64,000 nucleotides of DNA, from assembly GCF_000143415.4 (NCBI RefSeq), contig NW_003314342.1:654852-718851 (forward strand), read 5' to 3'. The notes beneath the pieces are model-generated. The model did no database searches. It was not told the DNA's origin and saw only the letters and a program-made list of their open reading frames with translations. Below, piece by piece: positions 1 to 11,424 of the stretch. The translations under genes were made by a program, and so were the position numbers. How positions within the stretch are numbered: position 1 is the first letter of the stretch; every line of letters begins with the position of its first letter. The stretch comes from Selaginella moellendorffii. Taxonomy: Eukaryota; Plantae; Lycopodiophyta.

Positions 1-1307
1 TCTGCCGCTGACACTGAGTCGTCGAGCTCTCGGTGGTGGCTGCTACTTGCTTTGCGACTTGGACGGCGACTTTGCTATCTCTTTGCCGAGCATCATGCGT
101 GGAGCCCCCGGACGGTGCCTCACAGGACGACTGCTTTATAGACTCGGGCTGGTTGGTGCCGGAGTCGTTTTCAGTATTCGCCAGGGCTTTTTCCTTCGAA
201 ACACTCCTGTTCTCTGTTGCTGTGGAGTGCTCATCCTTCCTACCTGCCTTGGTCACACTCAAAAGCATCGATTCCGGAGGCTTTTGGCTGAGCGTCGAGG
301 CCGCTTGCTGGAGCAGTGCGCAAATATCCTTGTGGAAGTCCTGTAAAGAATCCTGTTTCTCTAGTCTCCCTGGCAGAGAATCTTGAGCTGGACGTGGTGA
401 TGCTGGAATAGGTGGTGGCGGAGATGGAGTGTATGAAGATGGCGAACTTGGCAGCGATGGAGACAAAGGTGGCGGTGGTGTTGGCGGCGTAAATGATGGT
501 GGAGGCGTTGGCGTTGGCGTTGGCGGCGTAAATGATGGTGGAGGAGACGATGGTGGCGGTGGCGGCGGCGAACTTATTTCCTGTAGAAACTCCTGCGAGG
601 AGCGATGGACGCTGCTCACGATTGTCTGTGCTACTAGGCCTTCTCCTCTAGCGAGCTTACCCCACTGCCATACTACCGAAGCTGCGGCAAGGAGAGCCGG
701 GGAGGCCGAGTGAGAGTTGCATGCCAGAAGAACGTTGTAGTTCTTCATCCGGAGGGAGTGTAATGCACTGGAGAGATCACTGTCCGTGGAGATGACGAAG
801 AGATGCGCTGGTGGCGGATGATCGACAGTCCACAGCACCAAATCCAGCATGAGAGTTCGATCTGAGGCCAAATTCTTGCGAGCTGGATAGAAAAAACAGG
901 TATCACAACGATGGATCCACGAAAATCCAGCAAAGAGAAAAGATCGAGAACTTACACGATGGCAAATGGTGGAGAGAAATCCCAGTGGAAGCCAACGCCT
1001 CCTGTGTGCTCCGCGAGAGCTGCCATGTATCACCATACGCGTCGATCGACACTGGACCCTTGAATCCCCTGGTTCGCAGCCCAGAGATGATATTATTGCT
1101 CACATTCGTCGCAGGAATCCCAGCTGGGATGTCGCAGTCCTCGAAATCCCACCACACCGCCACTCTCACCGCTCGCGGCCCCGCATCCCATCCACTGCCA
1201 TACAAGCTCCTGGGATCATCCTCCGCCGGCGCCGGCGCGACGGACGCGCTCCACGATCGCCGCTGGATCCTGCTCGCCCTGAGAGATCCCCGGAGAATGC
1301 GAGACAT
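1..1307 (-). CDS. NYN (PIN-like, LabA/DUF88; limkain-b1/MARF1-type) ribonuclease domain protein with a Pro-rich linker; exon 1 at 1307-956, intron 955-883, exon 2 from 882 runs off the window
   Basis: Exon 1 has VAVWWDFEDC-IP...GFKGPVSIDAYGD. After a 73-nt GTAAG..CAG intron the frame continues SRKNLASDRTLMLDLVLWTVDHPPPAHLFVISTDSDFSSALHSLRMKNYNVLLA, which carries the NYN catalytic Asp motifs. The Arg/Ser-rich N-terminus resembles a transit peptide. Confidence 0.88.
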
Positions 1308-1314
1308 AATCTAA

Positions 1315-1322
1315 AAACCCTA
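1315..1322. promoter_or_regulatory. Telo-box (AAACCCTA) just upstream of the NYN start codon
   Basis: AAACCCTA lies 8 nt from the minus-strand ATG; this is a known plant promoter/5'UTR element. Confidence 0.5.
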
Positions 1323-1419
1323 AACCCCAAACCGTCGGAAGCTTTACAACTTTGCCGGATGATTTACTGTTTGATAGGATGGAAAGAGATCATGGTTCAA
1401 GCAATCCAGTCTATGATCG

Positions 1420-1909
1420 TTGCATGCCCAGTGCTGGGATCTTGATGGAGCTCGAAAGTTCTTTGAGAGGATGACGCGGAGAGATTCAGTGTCATGGGCA
1501 ACACTTATCAACTCTTTTGTGCAACATGGCTGCACTAATCTAGCAAGAGACACATATGAAATAATGCCACAGCACGACGTAGCAAACGCCCTGTGCAGTG
1601 AAGTCGACCAGTTACACAATCTCTTGATTCAATGCCTCAAAGAAACCTTGTCTCGTGGACAGTTTTCTAGCAAGACTTTGCAATCAAGATGATCTTGCAA
1701 AAACTAAAAGAGTGTTTGATCTGATAGCCCAGAGAGACAGTGTTTCTTGGAATATTAAGATCACCGCATATGCCGAACTAGGGCATGTATACGAAGCAAA
1801 GTGCTTGTTTGACACTGTAGAAGTTCCAAAGTTATTATGTGGAATCAGAGAGTTGGGCAAAATGGACACTTGGCAGCATTGTTTAGATGCTGTTTACAGC
1901 CAAGCATAG
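1420..1909 (+). pseudogene. Frameshifted PLS-class PPR relic
   Basis: Motifs DGARKFFERMTRRDSVSWATLINSFVQHG and KRVFDLIAQRDSVSWNIKITAYAELGH occur in different frames. Confidence 0.8.
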
Positions 1910-3550
1910 TATTTGATCAGTGTTGTGGAGCTTTCTTCCAGATGTTTCTAATTGGGGATGCTTCTTGAGTGCATGTAAGATCCACGCGGAGTGAGAGGAG
2001 TGTTTGGTGCTGCTAGTTAAAGTTCTTTTCACTATTTTCATTATTTATTATGATTCACCCTATAAATTTGGAAAGTTCACAAAGGTTTTCCTATAATATT
2101 TCCTTAAGTGTTGGAGCACCAACACAAGCTATGGTCTATCCCAAAGATTATTTTACTCTTACTACCAACGTGCTTATTTTCATTAAGTTTAATATTGAGC
2201 TTTTCCATTAGTTTTTGCATTACAACCACAATCACAATGTCAATCTTTCTTTCAAACCCAGCTATTGCTATAAAACCCTAATAACTTTTTATAATAGCTA
2301 TACTAATTATAATAGTATAGCATATAGATTTGGGATTGATCTAAGTAGGAGTTTAAACCTAATTAATATATTATATTGGTGGAGGTAAGAAGCATTATAA
2401 GCACTAAATTGTCTTCAAAAGGCAAAAATTTGTTAATAGTACTTTGCTCTAGTGTTCAAGATCATGGTTTATTTGTTTCTCAATAGATTTAGAATTTTTT
2501 GTGTAGATCTCTTTTATTTGATCTTCATTATATTTTGTTCTTTCACAATAACATATTATTGTCAATCAAAGAGTAATTTGATCAAGATTGCAAATGCTAC
2601 TCTATTGTTCTCATTAGGCAATGTTGTTTCTACTGTATCTTCCAACAACCAGACTAGCTCTCCAATTAATATCATGATTAAACTCTATATTAGCAAGAGA
2701 TGGTAAGACATTGAGAACAGAAGAAGCTATATAATCACATCCCATGGAAGCTGAAGTAATACATCAATTGGAGCAACATTAGCATAATCATGCTTCACAA
2801 CACTAAAAGTTAAATTAACATCTGATATATTCAAAGATTGAATTTATGAGAAAATAATGTTTATAACTTTGAATGGATTCCTAATTGTGATAAAGAGTTC
2901 AAGGATAATTTTGGAGATAAATTGAAGATTTTATTGTGTAAGTGTCAATTCTTCAATCTTTTATTCACTTTACCTTTTATTCTTTCTTAGTTATTTCTTA
3001 TTTTTCAGCTTAAACTACCTTCTTCATCTGTAGTATTTCATATTCTTAATTTTTCTTCTTCATCTGTAGTATTTTCTTCTCTTAGTATATTAATTACTTT
3101 TGACTATTGTGATTCTCATTCTTAATTTAGTTTTGAGTTAAGTGTTCTTTCTCCCTCCTCAAATTGATTTGGATGTTGAGAGTGAGAATTTTACTTTTGT
3201 TTTATTGATGAAGTTTTTAATCAATTCGGATGTTAAGTATTACCCTCACTAACAATTAATTACCCAATAATATTTACTCTCAAGTACAATCACTAAGAAA
3301 ATGCCCAAGCTAGTTAATTAAATAATAAAGTTTGCAATATTGGTACTTTGAGTCAAGGATGATAACAACCTCAAACTCCTACTCATTAGAAATAACCTTT
3401 GAAGGAGGTGGTAGTGGATCAAAATGGGCATAATAAAGTTTCAATAAAAAAATATGGAACACAAGATATAAATTTATAAATGGAGGGAGATTGAACTAAT
3501 AAATGACCTCAAAGGTATAAGAAAGCATAAGAAAAGGACCAATATATTGA

Positions 3551-3742
3551 TGTAAGCTCATAAATTTGAACTTCTTAAAATGTCATCCAACCCAATACTA
3601 CTCAAACTAAAAACACTTTAACACCAAATATCTCAAAATATTTAGCTGATTAAAAAAGAAAATTACACTTTTATTGATAGCCCCTTCTCTTTATATTAAA
3701 ATTTTAACAAATCATCTCTTAAATTTTTTTTTATTGTTTATA
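3551..3742 (-). mobile_element. Decayed Cassandra-type solo LTR with 5-bp TSD ATTGA
   Basis: Aligns by eye along its whole length to the reverse complement of the LTR at 50623-50817, mostly with C>T/G>A changes. ATTGA flanks both ends (3546-3550, 3743-3747). Confidence 0.8.
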
Positions 3743-4312
3743 ATTGATAATCCAATTTATTGAAAAGATGTATGGCCTTTCAATGATAACAAAGAAGTTA
3801 AACCTTTGATCCAACGAAAAAATAAAGATTAAATTGGTGAAAATGATTAATAGAATGATAATAAACAACTTGAGCATAAGAAAGGTGATAGTGAACCAAT
3901 ATTTACACTATGTTCAATATTGTAGATATTGAACATACTATTCAAGATTATGAATAGTATACTTTGATTACTTATCAAGTGAGAAGTTCATAACTTACTT
4001 TTGACATAGGAAAAAGAAAGAAACTAAGCATACAAAGATAAAAATAAATTGAAACCCTCAATACCATCCAACAATCCATGAAGATATTAAACCTTATAAG
4101 TAAAAATCATTTTTGACATAGCAAAAAATATATTATTTTGGAAAACTTGTTGACTCACTATGAAATCCTCAAGAAAGTGGAATATTAATAAAGAAAACTA
4201 TATATTTAAATTTCCAAGCTCTTGCAGCAAGAGGAAGGGGCTAGAGAAAACTAGATGAAGGATATTAAAGTATCTTGGTCTATTTGCACGATGGATAAAG
4301 ATTTTAATATAC

Positions 4313-4842
4313 TATAAATAGACTTGAAAAATGATGTATTTAAATATAAAAGGAAAAATGCCTATAAACAAGAATGTGTTTTTTTTTCAATTAGTTAAAG
4401 GTCTTAGGGCTAATTATCCTTGGGTTTTGAGTACCACTATGCTGAGGGAAGTCTTAGAAAGTTTAAATTTAAAAGTGTTTATTTGGTATTAAAAAGTTCT
4501 TAGATCTGACTCTGTTAGTTGGTTAAAAGAATCACACCACATATTAAAATTAACATTTGCAGTTTAGCTTACTGATGCAAAAGGTAGGGAGTCCAAACAA
4601 CAAAACTCTTAAGGGAGTTACAGCTTTTATCTTTTATTTATAAATGTGTGAGCTTGCAAGCAAGAGTAAAAAATATATTTTAACCCCAGTCATCTCTTAA
4701 ATCATTTCTGTCAAAGGGAAAAGGCTTCATGAATAATAATGTATTTTATTTTACAATCGATTAAGGGTTTTAAGATAGGGTTAAGTGTCCTTAAGTTTGA
4801 GTATTACTAAGTTACTGAGAAGTTCAAATTTAGAAATTTATA
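4313..4842 (+). mobile_element. Ancient full-length decayed Cassandra-type TRIM (LTR-PBS-internal-LTR)
   Basis: Colinear with 50623-51219, e.g. tttggtattaaaaagttcttagatctgactctgttagttgg vs tttggtatcagagagggtctcgggtccgactctgttggttgg. Flanks TATAC/CATAC look like a TSD. Confidence 0.75.
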
Positions 4843-5526
4843 CATACTTATCCACATAAAGCCACCAAAACTATTATTAAACTAATGTGCCCTATTGCTA
4901 GGGTGTCTTAGCACACTTAAACAATACCCAACTATATCTCACCATTAGATATATAGTTGAGCATATCAATGAAGAAGCTTGTTTTAGAAATGAAAAAATT
5001 AATAATCATCATAATGAGTTAGAGAAGTATTAAAATAAATTGATTCTTAAATTTTCTGAATAAATAGATCAATGGCTTGAGTTACTTCACTCTGTTACTT
5101 GATGCAGTAATAAAGAGGAGCAGATAATTATGCAAGAGAATTAATTTGGAAGTGAGACTAAGATCCCATTAACTTTTCCTAACTAATGTGCAATTATAAA
5201 TTAAAAATAAGATAGTGACTATGACCATCAAACTTGATACCAATACCAAGGACTAATAATGAAGGTTTTGTGATCACCATATGTAAAGATCACATGGAAA
5301 GAACCCTTAGGGCAAAAATAACTCTTTATTGAAGTTGTCATAATAATTTTTTTATAAATTTATACTTTTGAGAGAGTGGAGAGCAATTGGGTAAAGTTTG
5401 TTATTTAGTCCTTTTTATGACAAGACAGTGTTTAAAGCAAAATCTAAAGCATTTACTTTAACAAAATATGGCTTTATATTATTTGGATGGTGTAAGTTGT
5501 TGAATTTGGTTAGGATTTTTAACCCT

Positions 5527-5901
5527 AACATGTGCTATAATTTCTCTAGTTAACCAATAAAGTCAAAGAGTCAGACCTAAAACCTCTTTAATAAGTTTTT
5601 GTAGTATAAACCCAAGAACTCTTAACTCCAAGTTTTAAACTCTTTGATTTAGGATTCTTGAGAACATTGTTACTTTTGCCCAAGAATACTTAACCCTAAA
5701 TATCCCAAATGATTGAAATTCATTTTTATTCATGGGCCTTTTTTTATATTTAAACTTTGTGGATTGTTTTTCAAATTATTCTTTTTGGTTATCCCAAAAC
5801 CATTAAATGATTAAAAAAGAAGGTGCACTCTTATATATAGGCCTTTTCTTTTTATATAAAACTCTATTGAACTCTATTGATTGTCTATTGAGTCATTCTT
5901 T
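5527..5901 (-). mobile_element. Stacked decayed Cassandra fragments (internal piece plus partial LTRs)
   Basis: cccaagaatacttaaccctaaatatcccaa (5679-5708) and aaggtgcactctt..ggccttttc match the reverse complement of the Cassandra LTR; gagtcagacc matches the internal region. Confidence 0.7.
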
Positions 5902-6564
5902 ACAGATGGATAAGAACTAAGATAGAATTGAATGTAAAGTTTAGGAGAGTAAAAAAAGTTTATATAGCAAAAGGCTACACAAAATAAGCATTTTTTATAT
6001 GAAAAGGGGGATTTTGGAAAAACCTCAAATGAACACTGATAGTTCACAATATTATAAATAAAGGTTGAGCATTACCACTTAAGAATGATAAAAATCTTGA
6101 AAGAATCCATAATGATGCTATATGAAAAAATAATATAGCCTAAAAACTCCACTAAATCTTGATTAAAAGAATGTTTTTCCAACTTTGCAAAAGGTAGTAT
6201 TATTGAAGGTATTGGAAAATAATACAAATATGATAGTCATGTTTTTCTTGAGTATTAGAGAAGATAACAATATCATCAAGATAGACACCAATAGAAAAAT
6301 AAAGAAAATTATCATTCTTTTAAATTAAAACTATAAGGATTAATCTACTGGTTAAAATAATCATTATTGTGCTCTTTTATATTAGATTGGACTGATTTAT
6401 GCAAACCATTTTGGCATCAACTTGCATTGAGGAGGCAAGGCAATGGCCTTACAATGACAATTCCATGCTTGGACTGCTCTTTCTTTTATCATAGTCATCT
6501 CTCCAAAGGATTAAGTGCAATGTGTGGAGTTTTTCCCATGGATCAAAACGAAGTGAATGCGGCG

Positions 6565-6690
6565 ATGTTGATTCTGCTCAGGAAGCGTTTGACGAGTGCC
6601 GAGCTCAGGACAACACGGGTCTCTGGAACTCTCTCATGCACGCTAAATATGGTATTAGCAATACCAGCCAGTTTAATAGAGAAGCTTGAT
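6565..6690 (+). pseudogene. PPR motif fragment upstream of a short LTR
   Basis: One frame reads SECGDVDSAQEAFDECRAQDNTGLWNSLMHAKYG, then a stop. Confidence 0.6.
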
Positions 6691-6701
6691 TCAGCAGCCT
6701 C

Positions 6702-6865
6702 TGTTGAGACAGTGGAGGCATCTGAGATCACCATACGGCTGAGACACGTGGTGACACGTGGTGGATCTGGAGAGTCACAACTCTCACCTCTATATGTATA
6801 GCGATGATGATATCTAAGCAATAGAGTTTTTCTCTTCTTCCTTAGTTTTCAACATGGCATCAGAG
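6702..6865 (+). mobile_element. Short (~152 bp) copia-like LTR (TGTTG..CAACA) followed by a Met-tRNA PBS
   Basis: Termini TGTTGA/TCAACA; TGGCATCAGAG follows the LTR; a second copy lies at 11918-12070. Confidence 0.75.
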
Positions 6866-6933
6866 ATCAGGGATTAAATCCTGGGTTGAATGGAGGAGGA
6901 AGAGGAGGAAGACGATGAGCCCCCTGATCTGGA

Positions 6934-7866
6934 GTGGCTGTGAATTGCAAATATCAACAGGCTTACACTCTCCAGGGCCGATCGATCGAGGCCTTGGAGC
7001 GTTTCTATTCCATGATTCAGGAGGAGGGCTGTAAAGCTGACGATGTGAGTTTTGTCTCGGTGTTGAACGCTTGCAGCCATGGTGGTCTGGTCGGGAAAGG
7101 AAGGCAGCTTCTGGATGAAATGCCCAAGCAGTATGGAGTCAAGCCACGTCTGGAGCATTATGTGTGCCTGATCGATATGCTCGGGCGAGCTAACCTCCTC
7201 GACGAAGCTGTGAGAGTTCTCAGAGCCATGCCTTTTGAACCGGATGCAGTGGTTTGTACGTCCCTGCTCGGAGCCTGCCGGAAGTGGAAGAATTACACGA
7301 TCGGCAAACTCGCGTTTGAGCGTCTTGTGGAGATGGATCCCAAGAGCGGCACGCCCTACGCATTGATGGCCAATATATTTGGAAACCTGGGGATGCTCAG
7401 TGAAAGGGCCGCTGTTGTGGAGAGAATGAGAGGTGAAGGCAGCTTCAGGGAGCCCGGGAGAAGCTGGTGGACGGATGTTAGCTCAGGAAAAGTGCATTCT
7501 TTTTCTGTCGGGGATAGGAGTCACTCACAGAGCGACGAGATTGCGGCCAAGCTCAAGCAATTGTTGCTGAGAATGAAAGAGGAGGGGTACGCGAGCGATG
7601 TGATCAACGTTCTAAAAGACATACCCGAGGAAGAGAAAGAGGATCACTTGTGCGGCCACAGTGAGAAGCTTGTGCTGGGGTGTGCTCTGGTGAACTCGCA
7701 CCAGAAGGAGACCATCAGAATTGTGAAAAATCTCCGAGTTTGTGACGATTGCCATGCAGCCACTGCTCTCATCTCTAAGCTGGAAAAAAGGCTAATCCTC
7801 TGCAAAGATGCCAGTCGGGTTCATGTGTTCCAGGATGGCAGATGTTCCTGTGACAACTACTTTTGA
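6934..7866 (+). CDS. PPR-DYW RNA-editing factor, C-terminal part (last PPR motifs, E/E+, DYW deaminase); 5'-truncated, first ATG at 7012
   Basis: FVSVLNACSHGGLVGKG, HYVCLIDMLGRANLL, PG box EPGRSW, HSEKL and CDDCH zinc ligands, ending DGRCSCDNYF; intronless. Confidence 0.9.
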   Translation: MAVNCKYQQAYTLQGRSIEALERFYSMIQEEGCKADDVSFVSVLNACSHGGLVGKGRQLLDEMPKQYGVKPRLEHYVCLIDMLGRANLLDEAVRVLRAMPFEPDAVVCTSLLGACRKWKNYTIGKLAFERLVEMDPKSGTPYALMANIFGNLGMLSERAAVVERMRGEGSFREPGRSWWTDVSSGKVHSFSVGDRSHSQSDEIAAKLKQLLLRMKEEGYASDVINVLKDIPEEEKEDHLCGHSEKLVLGCALVNSHQKETIRIVKNLRVCDDCHAATALISKLEKRLILCKDASRVHVFQDGRCSCDNYF

Positions 7867-8936
7867 AAACATGTCAGTGCTCTTTCTTGCAGTTATCCCT
7901 GGTTTTAAACCCTCCGTGAGTCAAGCAGAAACATGGGCCGCTGAGTGAGCATGCCTCGTCAAAGTACCGCCGTCAACCTGAACTTCACGGAGAAAAAATT
8001 AACATTTAAAAGTTAAAACTATGCAAAAGGACGTTGTCTTAAATTTAAATTTCTTTTTGGTAGCAGAATCGGGGAATGCTGACTAAACCTGCCAACAGGT
8101 GCCCCAAAATGGAGCGCCCAGATTCAGATAATAAGCCTTTATGAAGACTTGCCGGTACCCAAACTCTTTGCTGATAGCAAGTACCGCCTCATGTTCCGGG
8201 AGCAAGGTGATGGCAGCTTGCGGCATGACCAACTTTGGGTTTGTGCTCCTAGAGCACGTTGAAGACGTGTGGAAGCTGGTGACGATGGCATTTGTTTCTT
8301 GCGACATACTCACCAGTTCCTCGGCAATGTCTTCCTTCCAGATTTTTTGAGCTTGTCGTGAGTGGTGACCTGCTTGCTCTCTCCTGTGACGACTTCTTCC
8401 AGCCTCTGGTGCCCAACCTCAAGGCTCTCTTGTGGATGGAGCTAGCCCTACACAGTGTGTGTGTGTGTATCAACCAGCAGATGCACAAATCGTTGAGAAT
8501 TAGCAAGAAGTGTGTATCATAGGTTTAGTATGTAGTGTACCAGTGTACATGTACATGTGTTTCAGCTAAATATAATGGGCCAAATACACCGAAGAAGTGT
8601 GTATAAGAAGAGTAGAAACAAATTAAGAAATGTAAATTAAGAAGTGCAAAAGAAATGAAAATAAAAATTGTCCATCCTCATCAGTTTGCTGAAATTAAGT
8701 TGGATTCATTTCTTCCAGCTCCAAATATTGTGTGATTGAGTTGTAAGTTAATTAATAGTAGAAAATAAGAAAAAAAAACAAACATTGAAAAAATAGTGTT
8801 TGATAATATCTTCTTTGCTTTTAGTTTTTTATTTTCGAAAGAAAATTAGGGGGGAGTGCTGGTAAAGATATCTTTGCCGTTCATTGGTGGTTAATTAAAT
8901 GAGCATGTTGAGAGATGTTTATAAGAGTTTAGCTCT

Positions 8937-10862
8937 GGACCAAGACGAAAATTAAAGTGCAAAATTTACATTTTCCCTATTTGCACAATAACTTAAGCTA
9001 AAGTAATGTACTTACCCTTATTTTTTATGGGAAAATTATTAGTATTTTGGATTCGCACGAAAACAAAAAGGCAAATTTAGAGGATTCTTAAGTAATTTTT
9101 AAAAACCCCCGACCAAATCTAAAGTGTTGGGGGGTCATTTTATTTTAAGGGAAGTTGTTAAAAATTATTCCGGAAATATTCGAGAAGATTCTTATGTTAG
9201 GGTTTGGCGAGGTTTTGTTGCTTGCTGTGCAAGCTTTCATGCATGACAAGAGCCCCGGTCTCCAAGTGCTGCCTGAGGAAGAAGACCGGGAACTTCGTCG
9301 GGCTGTGATTGGGAGGAGGTTTTGCATCGCCTGTGGTGGGTGAAGCCTCAAAATGTCACCACCTGGAGTAAGTTTTCTTTGGAGTATTACGATGTGGGGA
9401 TGGAGAAGAGGACCTTCTTCACCATTTGTGGCATGCTGGAGAGCGAGATCCGGAAGCAAGATACCGGTTGGAGGAGTGCAGTGCTGGTGGATGTTCGACT
9501 GGGGGTGACTTTGTACAAGCTTTTCAAGAACACAGATTACTTGGATCTGGCGGACAAGTTCGGGGAGTCCACAGCTCATGAGATTGTCATGGACACTACT
9601 GCGGTGATTGTCAAGTGTGTCAGGTACAAGATTCATTTTCCTTCAACCGCCAAGGAGGTTCGAGCTGTTGCTGCTGGCTTTCGACAAGTGACAGGTACAT
9701 TTTCTTATGTTTTTTGGATTGTCATAAGTTTTGACGACCAATAGGAACCCGACTGCCTAATGTCGCTGGGGCGATCGACTGTACTCTGAGATCATCTGAT
9801 CTACTAGACTGGACGGCGAGAGCTACTACGACCGGAAGCAGCGGTACTCAGTCATCTTGCAAGGGGTTTGTGATGCCCAGAAGAGGTTCCTCAGTGTCTA
9901 CGCTGGGTGGCCAGGTATGTTTCTTTGTGTGTTGTGGATGGTTCTAAAATGTTCTTTTTGCTTTCAGGACGCGTCCATGACATGAGGGATTTTCGTAATT
10001 CAACCCTCAGGAACAAGATTGTAGCAAGGGAGCTGCTGACATCGCCCACGGTGTTAGCATATGATGATAGGATCAAGCCATACCTAGTGGGGGACAAAGA
10101 GTACCAACTCCAGCAGCATCTGATGATTCCACACACAAGTAAGTTTTCTTCATTTTACTTTCTTTGGTTCACTTGTTTTGGTTGTTGCTCAGCTCCAAAC
10201 CCGACACCATCCAAGGCAGCTTTCAACCTTCATCAACACCTTGCTCGGATTGTTATTGAGCAAGCATTTGGACTTCTTAAAATGAAGTTCAGATGCTTGG
10301 ATAAAAAACAAAGGATCCAGCCAAAGTACCTTCCCAACATCATCAAGAGTTGTTGCATCTTGCACAATTTCTTGATTGATGTTGGGGAGACTGATCTTCG
10401 GGCGGAGATCCAAGCTTGGAGGAAAGAGGTGAAAAGGCTCAAGGACCAGGACCTCTTTGTCGATTACGGTGATCCCGAGCAAGCGGAAGGGGAGCCTCAT
10501 GAGGAGTTGCACAGTCTAGAGGATGCGAAAGAGGTTAGAGAGAACCTCACGTTTTCCCTCTGTCTTTGCCAGTGGCGTTCGTGTTTGCTTTGAAATTTGC
10601 CGGGATATAATTCTAAACATTTGAATTTGAATTTGAAATTTCAAAATTTGAATTAAGTGAATTTTAAGTGTTCGAATGCATTGTTTTTAAGTGCGAATCC
10701 GAGGGTGTTTTTCCACTTAAATCTAAGACATGTGCGAATGCAAAAGTCCTTATAAGTTTACTTTGTAACACAAATTTCTTCAATGTGCGAACCCAACTTT
10801 CTTAATTTTTAAAGTGGGTCGCTTAAGTTTTTTTTTCACTAAATAAATGTGCGAATTGGTCC
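8937..10862 (+). mobile_element. PIF/Harbinger DNA transposon (degenerate; no Myb/SANT ORF seen)
   Basis: Imperfect TIRs GGACCAA../..TTGGTCC and oppositely oriented subterminal TTCGCAC/GTGCGAA repeats enclose a DDE_Tnp_4 transposase. Confidence 0.65.
9194..10593 (+). pseudogene. Harbinger/HARBI1-like DDE transposase with 3 short introns, frameshifted
   Basis: LPNVAGAIDCT, YYDRKQRYSVILQGVCDAQKRF..GWPGRVHD, YLVGD, FNLHQHLARIVIEQAFGLLKMKFRCL, CCILHNF; frame breaks near 9320 and 9785. Confidence 0.88.
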
Positions 10863-11074
10863 TTTCTCAACATAAAAGATAATGTTTTGCCAAGCTTACC
10901 ACAACCACTGGCAACCTTGATTGCCAATGATGTTGTCCTTGGCTGTGGTATCTATAACCATACAGCTAGGGCCAAAGTTACACACCAATGGCCCATAGCA
11001 AGCACAGCCATGGTGGCACAAGGTCTCGGCCATGGCTAGCACTACCTTGGCTGGCCTTAGCCGTGGCATAGCCA

Positions 11075-11424
11075 TCTACTAGAGGAGCTAGAGGAGAACT
11101 GTTGTAGGAGGAGTGCTAGAGGAGTTGGAGGAGAGCTGTGCAGGAGAAGTGCTGGAGGAGCTGGAGAGCTGCTATAGGAGGAGTGCTGGAGGAGCTGGAG
11201 GAGACTCAATGCACAAGGGGTTTTGAAGGAGCTAGAGGTGAGAAAGAATGATTTGATGAAAATAAAAAAAAACTGAAAAATCCAAGAGTAGGATTGGCAA
11301 AAGTACAATGTGGAAGAGAGTTGTTGCAGGAGGAGCACTAGAGGACATGGAGGAGAGTTGCTACAGGAAGAGTGTTGGAGGGAGGAGATATGTTGCATTG
11401 GAGGAAAGTAAGAGCCACTAGAGG
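11075..11424 (+). repeat. Degenerate GA-rich tandem repeat (gaggagtgctRgaggagctggag-like); resumes after 12070
   Basis: Imperfect units are visible directly in the sequence. Confidence 0.6.

Noticed and set aside
33-713. Plus-strand ORFs, including a Gly-rich 94-aa ORF
   Set aside because: Antisense shadows of the Pro-rich exon of the NYN gene.
3909-3937. 12-bp perfect inverted repeat TATGTTCAATAT..ATATTGAACATA
   Set aside because: Isolated, in very AT-rich DNA, with no associated element end.
8083-8522. Short overlapping ORFs downstream of the DYW gene
   Set aside because: No recognisable family; possibly a gene fragment, but unsupported.
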